Below, one piece after another: positions 8,805 to 16,114 of a stretch of DNA of 64,000 nt. The stretch is from Actinomycetota bacterium (GTDB taxonomy: Bacteria; Actinomycetota; Acidimicrobiia; Acidimicrobiales; Ilumatobacteraceae). The notes beneath the pieces were generated by a model. The model was not told the origin of the DNA, searched no databases, and saw nothing but the letters and a program-made list of their open reading frames with translations. The DNA is taken from positions 2,599 to 66,598 of the forward strand of contig JAUXQB010000278.1 of assembly GCA_030685215.1 (NCBI GenBank), in the 5' to 3' direction. Position 1 is the stretch's first letter. Each line of letters opens with the position of its first letter. The position numbers and the translations under genes are program-made.

Positions 8805-8813
8805 CTCCCCGCC

Positions 8814-10007
8814 ATGTCTGCCGTTCCGCCGACCATCGAGGAGCTGGCCGCCGAGATGATCGGGGTCGGCTGCCGCCGAGTGCACGTGCTGGCGTGGCGC
8901 GACCTCGACGATGCCGACGCCGGCGGTTCCGAGGTGCACGCCGACCACTTCATGCGCCGATGGGCCGAGGCCGGACTCGACATCACCCACCGCACCTCGT
9001 TCGCGCAGGGCCTGCCCACGCACGCCGAGCGCCACGGCTATCACGTGGTGCGCAAGGGCAGCCGGTACAGCGTGTTCCCCCGTGGCGTGGCCCGTGAGCT
9101 GCGCGAACGCCGGAACTACGACGCGCTCGTCGAGATCTGGAACGGCGTGCCGTGGCTGAGCCCGGTGTGGTGTCACAAGCCGCGCATCACGTTCCTGCAC
9201 CACGTGCACGGTCCGATGTGGGACCAGCTGCTGCCCCGGCCGTTCGCGTTCATGGGCCGTGCGGTGGAGGCCCGGCTGGCGCCGCCCTTCTACCGGCGCA
9301 CGCTCACGCTCACCCCGAGCGACGCCACCCGTGACGAGTTGTTGCACCTCGGCTTCCGGCACGACCGCGTGGTGGCCGTGAACAACGGCGTCGACGAGGC
9401 GTTCCACCCCGGAGGCGAGCGGGCAGCGGTGCCGACGGTGGTATCGGTGGGGCGGCTCGCGCCGGTGAAGCGCCAGGACCACCTCATCGACGAAGCGGTG
9501 GTGGCCAAGCGGCGCGTGCCCGACCTGCAGCTGTACATCGTGGGGGAGGGCCCGTTGAAGCCGGTGCTCGAGCAACGCATCGAGCAGCACGGCGCGCACG
9601 ACTGGATCCATCTCGCCGGCCGGCTCAGCGACGACGACCTGATCGCGCTGTACCAGCGGGCGTGGCTCGTCAGCAGTGCATCGCTGGCCGAAGGGTGGGG
9701 GCTCACGATGACCGAGGCGGCGGCGTGCGGCATTCCCGCAGTGGCCACCGACGTCAACGGCCACCGCAGCAGCGTGGTCGACGGTGTCACCGGCGTGCTG
9801 GTGCCGCTCGAATGTTTGGGCGACGCGATGGCCGACGTGCTGCTCGACGCACCCCGCCGTCAGGCGATGGCCGACGCCGCGCTGGCCCGCGCCCGCACGC
9901 TCACCTGGGAAGCGTCGGCACGCGGCGTGCTGCTCGGCCTGCACGGCCAGGTGATGGCCAAGGCCCGCGCCCGCTCGCGCGGCAGCCGACGTTCGCCCCG
10001 CCCCTGA
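8814..10007 (+). CDS. GT4-family glycosyltransferase (Glycos_transf_1)
   Basis: 'VHVLAWRDLDDADAGGSEVHA' N-domain and 'SSASLAEGWGLTMTEAAACGIPAVATDVNGHRSSV' (the EX7E region). Alternative ATG at 8856. Confidence 0.85.
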   Translation: MSAVPPTIEELAAEMIGVGCRRVHVLAWRDLDDADAGGSEVHADHFMRRWAEAGLDITHRTSFAQGLPTHAERHGYHVVRKGSRYSVFPRGVARELRERRNYDALVEIWNGVPWLSPVWCHKPRITFLHHVHGPMWDQLLPRPFAFMGRAVEARLAPPFYRRTLTLTPSDATRDELLHLGFRHDRVVAVNNGVDEAFHPGGERAAVPTVVSVGRLAPVKRQDHLIDEAVVAKRRVPDLQLYIVGEGPLKPVLEQRIEQHGAHDWIHLAGRLSDDDLIALYQRAWLVSSASLAEGWGLTMTEAAACGIPAVATDVNGHRSSVVDGVTGVLVPLECLGDAMADVLLDAPRRQAMADAALARARTLTWEASARGVLLGLHGQVMAKARARSRGSRRSPRP

Positions 10008-10024
10008 CGCTCAAGGCAGTTGGC

Positions 10025-10061
10025 GAAGCGATTCATCGCGGGTGCCGCGATGAAACGCTTC
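10025..10061. terminator. bidirectional terminator-like hairpin between convergent genes
   Basis: GAAGCGATTCATCGCGG-GTG-CCGCGATGAAACGCTTC gives 16 bp plus one A/A mismatch. There is no U-tract, which is common in GC-rich actinobacteria. Confidence 0.55.
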
Positions 10062-10095
10062 CCGAAGGTGTCGAGATGCCCGAGCGACGCCGTGC

Positions 10096-11271
10096 TCACG
10101 CACCGGCGACGATGACGAGCTCGTTGCCTTCGGGGTCAGCGACGCGCCAGGAATGCTCTGACTCGTCGAGCTGGCGGCCGCCCGCGGCGAGGGCGGCGGC
10201 CACCCGCTCCTGCGACTGGTCCGAGGCGACGGCGAGCTCGAAGTGGATGCGGTTGCGCTGCCGGCGTCGGTCTGTCTCCGACACGTCGAGCGGCTGGAAC
10301 ACCAGCACGGCACTCAACCTTCGCGGATCGTGGATGTCGGTGACACCGGCCCTGCGGTCGGGGGCGTATCCGAGTGCGGCGACCCAGAACGCGCGGACGG
10401 CGGCGACGTCGGCAGCGTCGAGGAAGAGTTGAGCGAAGCGCGACAGCGCGGGGTCGGCAGTGGCCCCGAGTTCGCGGGCCGCGGTCTGGAGGTTGCCGGC
10501 GAGGTCGGTGAAGTCGGCCGCGAGGCCGTGGGCGTCGGCCTCCCACTGGTCCTTGCCGCTGTCGAGGATGACGAGTCCGGGGCGTACGTCGATCAGCAGT
10601 GGGAAGCCCGCGTCGGCGGCCAGTGCTGCTGCGGCGGCAGCCAGGTCACGCTGCTGAGCAGGCGAGGTGGTGCGGTAGCACGCCATCGCGCTGAACACCG
10701 CCTGCCAGTCGGCCGTCGCGACGCTCTCGCCGAGCGGGTCGCCCGGCACCAGGTCGACCTCGTTGCCGTCGGGGTCGCTGTGGCGTACCCCGTACGGTCC
10801 CGATGCCTCACCGAGACCCATCTGCTCGACCACCGCGGCCGGCCGCACCACGTCGAGGTGGATGCGGTTCCGCAGCGGTCGCGGTTCGGTCGACTGCCCG
10901 ATTCGCATCGCTGGGTCGCGCTGCAACGGATCCGTCAACTCACCCTCGCCTCCACGCGCGAAGTCGAGCACGCGCTGCCAGAACTCTGCCACCTCGGTCG
11001 GGTTCGCGGACTCGACCACGACGCTCAGCTGCTGCGGCACGGCGGTGTCGGCGGCCAGCCCGAGATCACGCGCGGCCGCCGACACAGCGGCTGCGTGGTC
11101 GTCGGAGTCGAGGCGCACCCGCACGCCGGTGGCTCGCAGGTCGACCACGATCTCGTTCGACAGCTCCACGATGCGCGCGGCGAGCGCAGCTCCCTGGGCG
11201 AGCGAGCGCGCATCGAACCATGCCGTCGTCACGCCATCGACCACACGCCAATCCGTTCCGATCTCCGTCAT
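10096..11271 (-). CDS. tandem [PCD-like + VOC] x2 protein (VOC family)
   Basis: Two repeats of a pterin-4a-carbinolamine-dehydratase-like segment, each followed by a glyoxalase-fold segment ('NRIHLDV...DPDGNEVDLV' and 'NRIHFELAV...DPEGNELVIV'). ATG 11271 is preferred over GTG 11280 because of a -10 hexamer 7 nt upstream. Confidence 0.65.
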   Translation of the reverse strand: MTEIGTDWRVVDGVTTAWFDARSLAQGAALAARIVELSNEIVVDLRATGVRVRLDSDDHAAAVSAAARDLGLAADTAVPQQLSVVVESANPTEVAEFWQRVLDFARGGEGELTDPLQRDPAMRIGQSTEPRPLRNRIHLDVVRPAAVVEQMGLGEASGPYGVRHSDPDGNEVDLVPGDPLGESVATADWQAVFSAMACYRTTSPAQQRDLAAAAAALAADAGFPLLIDVRPGLVILDSGKDQWEADAHGLAADFTDLAGNLQTAARELGATADPALSRFAQLFLDAADVAAVRAFWVAALGYAPDRRAGVTDIHDPRRLSAVLVFQPLDVSETDRRRQRNRIHFELAVASDQSQERVAAALAAGGRQLDESEHSWRVADPEGNELVIVAGA

Positions 11272-11278
11272 GCTCGGC

Positions 11279-11284
11279 ACCGTA
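11279..11284 (-). promoter_or_regulatory. -10-like hexamer TACGGT, 7 nt upstream of ATG 11271
   Basis: TANNNT on the minus strand. Confidence 0.4.
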
Positions 11285-11320
11285 GTGCCCAGTCCGACGG
11301 CCGGAACCCGCGCCCGCTCG

Positions 11321-12361
11321 TCAGCCGGGCAGCAGGCGGGTGGCGGTCTTCAGCACTCGCAGCGCGCCTTGCTTGGCGATGGTGCGATGGTGGCTGCGGC
11401 CTTCGTCGGCGGTGCTCGCACGGTTCGCCAAGAACCAGTCGTAGCTGTCGGCCAGCATCTCCGCGTTGGAGTACTTCGGCGACCACCCGAGTGCATCGTG
11501 CACGTGCTGCGTGTCGAACCACAACGACTTGCTGTACATCAGCCAGTGGTACGGGGCGAACGGCGCGAGGTGCAGGCCGGCGGCCGCCTTCATGCCCAGC
11601 GCGGCCGGACCGGCGGGCAGCGAGCGCACCTTCGAGCCCGTGCCGGCATGCGCACACAGCGCTTCCAGCGACTCGCGCATGGTTCCGAAGCGGTCGGTGC
11701 CGGCGTTGAACACCGCGGGTCCGGGCGACGCGCCTGCGAGCACGCACACGTCGGCGAGATCGTCGGCGTGCACGAACTGGTAGCGGTTGCTGCCGTCGCC
11801 GAGCACGAAGATGTCGGCACCGTCGGCCACCCATTCGAACAGGATGCCGAAGATGCCGAGCCGGCCGTGGCCGAGAATGGTGCGTGGCCGCACGATCGTG
11901 ACATCGAGTCCGTTGCGCACCGCGTCGAGGCACGCCCATTCGGCGGCGAGCTTGGCGTGGCCGTAGGCCTCGACGGGGGAGGGGACGGTGGTGGGCAGCA
12001 CCGGATTGCTGCGCGGCACCCCGAACACCGCGCTGCTCGAGGTGTGCACCACCTTGCGCACGCCGGCGCGCAGGCACTCGGCCAGCAGCAGCGTGGTGCC
12101 GTCGACGTTGACGGTGCGCAGCAGCTCCTCGTCCTTGGCCAGCGGCACCTGCGCGACGTTGTTGAACACCACGTCGACGCCCTGCACCGCGCGGGCCACG
12201 ACCGCGGCGTCGCGGATGTCGCCCTGCACCAGTTCCACCCCGGCGGGGCGGTCGTCGACGTCGTTGAGGTCGAGCACGCGCACGGTGTGGCCGGCCGCGA
12301 CCAGCCGGTGGACGAGCAGCGAACCGAAGTAGCCGCTGCCGCCGGTGACGAGCGCGATCAC
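11321..12361 (-). CDS. NAD-dependent epimerase/dehydratase (SDR fold)
   Basis: GTG 12361 overlaps the upstream stop (GTGA). Motifs 'ALVTGGSGYFGSLLV', 'HTSSSAVFG', 'YGHAKLAAE' (YxxxK). The rest of track ORF 11321..12859 is out-of-frame overlap. Confidence 0.85.
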   Translation of the reverse strand: MIALVTGGSGYFGSLLVHRLVAAGHTVRVLDLNDVDDRPAGVELVQGDIRDAAVVARAVQGVDVVFNNVAQVPLAKDEELLRTVNVDGTTLLLAECLRAGVRKVVHTSSSAVFGVPRSNPVLPTTVPSPVEAYGHAKLAAEWACLDAVRNGLDVTIVRPRTILGHGRLGIFGILFEWVADGADIFVLGDGSNRYQFVHADDLADVCVLAGASPGPAVFNAGTDRFGTMRESLEALCAHAGTGSKVRSLPAGPAALGMKAAAGLHLAPFAPYHWLMYSKSLWFDTQHVHDALGWSPKYSNAEMLADSYDWFLANRASTADEGRSHHRTIAKQGALRVLKTATRLLPG

Positions 12362-13500
12362 AGTTCCAGCCCCTGGTCGAGGCACCAGCGGATGCTGCGA
12401 CGCATGCCCTCGTACAGCGCGACCTGCGGCACGTAGCCGATCTCGGCGGTGGAGCGGCTGATGTCGACCGCGATGGTGTGGCCCATCTCGCCGAGCACGT
12501 GCAGTTGCTGCTGGTACAGCCCCACGGCCTGCAGCACGCGATCGCCGGCCTCGGCCACGCGTGCGGCCAGTGTGGGCAGTCGGGTGGTGGGCGGCGTCAC
12601 CGAGAGGCCTTCGTCGGTGAGAGCACGACCGACGGTCTCGACGATCTCGTCGACGGTGTAGGCCCGCTCGTCGGCGATCCAGTAGCCCTTGCCGCGAGCA
12701 GCAGGCACCAGTTCGGCGCAGAAGACGCCGTCGACCAGGTTGTCGACGTAGACCATCGAGCGTCGCTGATCGCCCTTGCCGATGACGGGGAACTTGCCGG
12801 TGCGCACCATGCGGAAGAAGGTGGTCTGCCGCGGTGGCTGGAACGGGCCGTAGAACCACGGCGGCCGCACGATGGTGGCGTCGAGCCCCGCGGCCACCGC
12901 TTCGTCGACGGCCATCTCGGCCTGCATCTTCGATGCGCCGTAGCCGAGGTACGGGTGGAACGGCTCGTCGTGCCGGAACGTGTCGGCAGGGTCGGGGTTG
13001 GTGCCGAACGGGCTGTTCGACGAGACGTGCACGAACCTGCGCACGCCTGCGTCGCCGGCCGCCTGCGCGAGGTGGCGGGTGCCGTTGGTGTTGACCTCGT
13101 AGAACTGGCGCACGCGCGACGGATGGATGACGCCCGCGGTGTGGAGCACGTCGGTGTCGGTGGTGAGCCCGTACAACAGGCGCGCCGCGGTGTCGGCCTT
13201 GGCCACGTCGCCGATGACGATCTCCACGGCAGTGACGGCAGTGGCCCCTGCGGCGCGTTCGGCGGCGATGAACGCGCGCAGGTCTGCGGCCTCGGCGGTG
13301 CTGTGCGCGAGCAGTCGCAGCGCGCGTCGGTGGGGGTCGGCGAGCAGGCGGTGCACCAGCGCGCGACCGAGCCAGCCGGCGGCACCGGTGATCACGGTGG
13401 TGCCCGGTGGCGACCAGCGTTCGATGACCACCGGCGGCGGCGACGGCGATGTGGATGGTTCAGGCACGACGACCTCCAGTGGCGGCGAAACGTCGGGCAT
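12358..13500 (-). CDS. NAD-dependent epimerase/dehydratase (3-beta-HSD-like SDR)
   Basis: 'VITGAAGWLGRALV', 'HVSSNSPFG', 'YGASKMQAE'. ATG 13500 overlaps the GMC gene by 41 nt; an alternative GTG at 13467 would give an 8-nt overlap. Confidence 0.82.
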   Translation of the reverse strand: MPDVSPPLEVVVPEPSTSPSPPPVVIERWSPPGTTVITGAAGWLGRALVHRLLADPHRRALRLLAHSTAEAADLRAFIAAERAAGATAVTAVEIVIGDVAKADTAARLLYGLTTDTDVLHTAGVIHPSRVRQFYEVNTNGTRHLAQAAGDAGVRRFVHVSSNSPFGTNPDPADTFRHDEPFHPYLGYGASKMQAEMAVDEAVAAGLDATIVRPPWFYGPFQPPRQTTFFRMVRTGKFPVIGKGDQRRSMVYVDNLVDGVFCAELVPAARGKGYWIADERAYTVDEIVETVGRALTDEGLSVTPPTTRLPTLAARVAEAGDRVLQAVGLYQQQLHVLGEMGHTIAVDISRSTAEIGYVPQVALYEGMRRSIRWCLDQGLEL

Positions 13501-14926
13501 TGCGGATGGCGAACGCCATGACCGATGCCTGCGGGTTGACGCCGGGTGCCGTGGGCAGCAGCGAGGCGTCGTTGACGAAGATGTTGGTGCAACCGTGCAC
13601 GCGACCGAACGAGTCGGCGCCGGTGCGGCCCTCGAGTTCGCCCATCGGCACGGTGCTGCACAGGTGCACGGTCATCACGCTCGCCTTGGTGGCCGAGAAC
13701 GCCTGCTGCATGGTGGCCACGTCGCGACGGTTGCGCACCGACGGCGCGCCCTTGAACGACGGGTACACCTCGAGCGCGCCGGCCTCGAGCATCAAGAGAG
13801 CCAGCCGGGCGAGCCCGCTGCGCAGCAACGCGCGATCGCGCCAGGTGAGGCCATAGGTGACGATGGGGTCCTTCATGTGCGGGACGGATCGCACCTTGCC
13901 CAGACCCTCGCTGGTGATGGCCGCGTAGTAGACGCTCATCTGCTCCCACTGGGTGATGGCGTTGCGGAACGTGGGCCACTGGTCGAGCAGCGTGAGCGCC
14001 ACCAGCCCCGGGTTGCTGGCCGAGCCGCCGAACGACAGGTGTGGGGCGAACTCCTTCACCTGGTGCACGGGCACGTCGTCGGGCACGTTGAGCGAATCCG
14101 CGAACCGTGCGGCCAGTTTCACCGTCGGGTGCACGGCCAGCGAGCGGCCGATGTGGCCGTGGATGCCCGAGCGCTGCAGGAGCGCCGGTGACTGGATGGC
14201 GCCACCGCACACGAACACGTGACGGAAGGTGATGGTGCCCTTGCTGCCGTCGGCGAGGGTGGTGAGCGCCGACGCGGCGGTGCCGTGCCGGGTGACCAGC
14301 CGGTCGACGCGGCAGCCGACGGCGAGCCGGGCGCCGGCGCGCATGGCCCGCGGCAGGTAGGTGCGTGTCATCGACTGGCGCTGCCCGCCGGCCGCGTCGT
14401 CGGCGGACGGATAGCTCATCCACCGCGGGATCTCACCGTTGCGCCAACCGAGCTTGTCGGCACCACGCCGAAGCACTTCACTGGGCTCGGAGTACGCGCC
14501 GGGCGCCGTGCACACGCTGATGTCGCGCTCCACCTCGTCGGCGATGGCCAACAGGTCGGCCGGGTCGAAGTCGACGATCTGGAACTGGTCGCGCCAGCGT
14601 TCGAGCACGTCGCCCGGGGGACGCCAGTAGAGCCCGCTGTTCACTTCCGTGCCGCCGCCGGCACAACGGCCTTCCGTGTACGCGATGGACGGCAGGCCGA
14701 GTGCGACGGTGACGCCACCGGCTCGGTACTGGCGGTCCATCTGCTCGAGCGAGAACGGGACGACGGAGCCCTGCTCGACCCATTCGCCCTCCTCGACCAC
14801 CAGCACGTCGAAGCCGGCCTCGGCGAGCACCGACGCGGTGGTGGCGCCACCGGCTCCGCTGCCGATGACGAGCACCTCGGCATCCATCGCGACGGTGGCG
14901 CGCTGCACGGGCACGTCGGGTGGCAT
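13460..14926 (-). CDS. GMC-family FAD oxidoreductase
   Basis: 'VLVIGSGAGGATTASVLAEAGFDVLVVEEG' (FAD fold) and C-terminal 'HLCSTVPMG...NIFVNDASLLP' (GMC signature). ATG 14926, alternative 14887. The upstream part of track ORF 13460..16183 is rejected. Confidence 0.85.
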   Translation of the reverse strand: MPPDVPVQRATVAMDAEVLVIGSGAGGATTASVLAEAGFDVLVVEEGEWVEQGSVVPFSLEQMDRQYRAGGVTVALGLPSIAYTEGRCAGGGTEVNSGLYWRPPGDVLERWRDQFQIVDFDPADLLAIADEVERDISVCTAPGAYSEPSEVLRRGADKLGWRNGEIPRWMSYPSADDAAGGQRQSMTRTYLPRAMRAGARLAVGCRVDRLVTRHGTAASALTTLADGSKGTITFRHVFVCGGAIQSPALLQRSGIHGHIGRSLAVHPTVKLAARFADSLNVPDDVPVHQVKEFAPHLSFGGSASNPGLVALTLLDQWPTFRNAITQWEQMSVYYAAITSEGLGKVRSVPHMKDPIVTYGLTWRDRALLRSGLARLALLMLEAGALEVYPSFKGAPSVRNRRDVATMQQAFSATKASVMTVHLCSTVPMGELEGRTGADSFGRVHGCTNIFVNDASLLPTAPGVNPQASVMAFAIRNARRFAATGGRRA

Positions 14927-14928
14927 GC

Positions 14929-15267
14929 TCACGTCGATGCTCCGGTGGGAGTGGTGGAGGGCCAGTGCTCCCACACGTACGCGAAGCTCAGCGAGCGGAT
15001 CAGCCGCGGGTATTCCGCCACCAGTGGGAGCGGCAGCTTCATCAGCACCGAGACCGCGGTCCAGCCGCCCGGCACGGCGAGCAGCGTGCGGAACACCGAC
15101 CCCAGCACGAGCACACCGAAGCGGGTGAAGCTGGGGAGCGTGTCGATGCGATGCGCGACGAAGCCGACCGTCTCGTTGCGCTTCGCCGTCGGCAGGTCGG
15201 GAAGATCGGTGGCCAGCAGCCGCTGAGCGAACGAACCGACGACGGGAAGAGCGGGCACCTGGGGCAT
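14929..15267 (-). CDS. small hydrophobic protein of unknown function, coupled to the GMC oxidoreductase
   Basis: 112 aa with two or three hydrophobic stretches ('FGVLVLGSVFRTLLAV', 'AVSVLMKLPLPLV'). Its stop lies 2 nt before the GMC ATG, and a -10 hexamer lies upstream. Confidence 0.5.
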   Translation of the reverse strand: MPQVPALPVVGSFAQRLLATDLPDLPTAKRNETVGFVAHRIDTLPSFTRFGVLVLGSVFRTLLAVPGGWTAVSVLMKLPLPLVAEYPRLIRSLSFAYVWEHWPSTTPTGAST

Positions 15268-15277
15268 GAGCGCCTGA

Positions 15278-15283
15278 ATCGTA
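15278..15283 (-). promoter_or_regulatory. -10-like hexamer TACGAT, 10 nt upstream of ATG 15267
   Basis: TANNNT on the minus strand, in the divergent intergenic region. Confidence 0.4.
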
Positions 15284-15362
15284 CCCGTGGAGGTGCGCTG
15301 AGCGGGGCTTGGTGCACGCGAGTCGGACGGGTGGTTGCCAGGGGCCGCGACGTCCCGCGAGA

Positions 15363-15368
15363 TAGCAT
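15363..15368 (+). promoter_or_regulatory. -10-like hexamer TAGCAT, 8 nt upstream of GTG 15377
   Basis: TANNNT in the divergent intergenic region. Confidence 0.4.
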
Positions 15369-15376
15369 CGCCGCCC

Positions 15377-16114
15377 GTGCGTGCTGTCGTCGTCATTCCC
15401 ACCTACAACGAGCGTGAGAACGTCGTGGCGATGCTGCAGGCACTCCGCAGCCAGGTGCCCGCCGCGCACGTGATGATCGTCGACGACCTCAGTCCCGACG
15501 GCACCGGCGGGCTCGCCGACGAGGCGGCCGCCGAGCTGGGACAGGTGACGGTGGTGCACCGCAGCGGCAAGCCGGGGTTGGGTGCGGCCTATCGCCACGG
15601 CTTCCAACTCGCCTTCGACGAGGGCTTCGACGCCATCGTGTCGATGGACAGCGACTTCTCGCACGATCCCGCGGTCGTGCCGACGATGTTGCGCCTCCTC
15701 GAGGAGGGCGCCGACGTGGTCATCGGCAGCCGCTACGTGGCGGGCGGTGGCACGCAGGACTGGCCGTTGCGCCGGCGGCTGCTCTCCAAGTGGGGCAACC
15801 GCTACGCCAGCGCGTTGCTGGGCGCCAAGGTGCGCGACTGCACGGCCGGCTTCCGTGCCTACCGGGCCGAGACGCTGCGGGCCATCGAGCCCGGCAGCAC
15901 CGCCGCCGAGGGCTACGCGTTCCTCACCGAGCTCACCCGCCGACTGGCTCGCAGCGGCGCCACCATCGTCGAGACGCCCATCATGTTCAAGGACCGCGAG
16001 AAGGGCACGAGCAAGATGTCGGGGCGCATCATCGTCGAGTCGATGCTGCTCGTCACCGGGTGGGGCGTGCTCGACCGAGCGCGCAGCCTGCGCCGGCGAC
16101 TCACTCGCCGATGA
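15377..16114 (+). CDS. polyprenol-phosphate hexose synthase, GT2 (Ppm1/DPM1-like)
   Basis: 'VVIPTYNEREN', 'VDDLSPDGT', 'SMDSDFSHDP', 'VIGSRY', 'KDREKGTSKMS' form the classic DPM1/Ppm1 catalytic domain. GTG 15377 is preferred; the track start is 15335. Confidence 0.85.
   Translation: MRAVVVIPTYNERENVVAMLQALRSQVPAAHVMIVDDLSPDGTGGLADEAAAELGQVTVVHRSGKPGLGAAYRHGFQLAFDEGFDAIVSMDSDFSHDPAVVPTMLRLLEEGADVVIGSRYVAGGGTQDWPLRRRLLSKWGNRYASALLGAKVRDCTAGFRAYRAETLRAIEPGSTAAEGYAFLTELTRRLARSGATIVETPIMFKDREKGTSKMSGRIIVESMLLVTGWGVLDRARSLRRRLTRR

Noticed and set aside
8744-9019. Long N-terminal extensions of the 6914 membrane protein (track start 9019, ATG at 8815)
   Set aside because: They would overlap the divergent GT4 start codon head-to-head. 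A -10-like hexamer plus GTG 8743 gives a cleaner model. Similar upstream extensions were trimmed for ORFs 13460..16183, 22596..25202, 23345..26413, 25219..27351, 26367..28109, 19769..22027, 21703..23448, 34197..38591 and 39826..41280.
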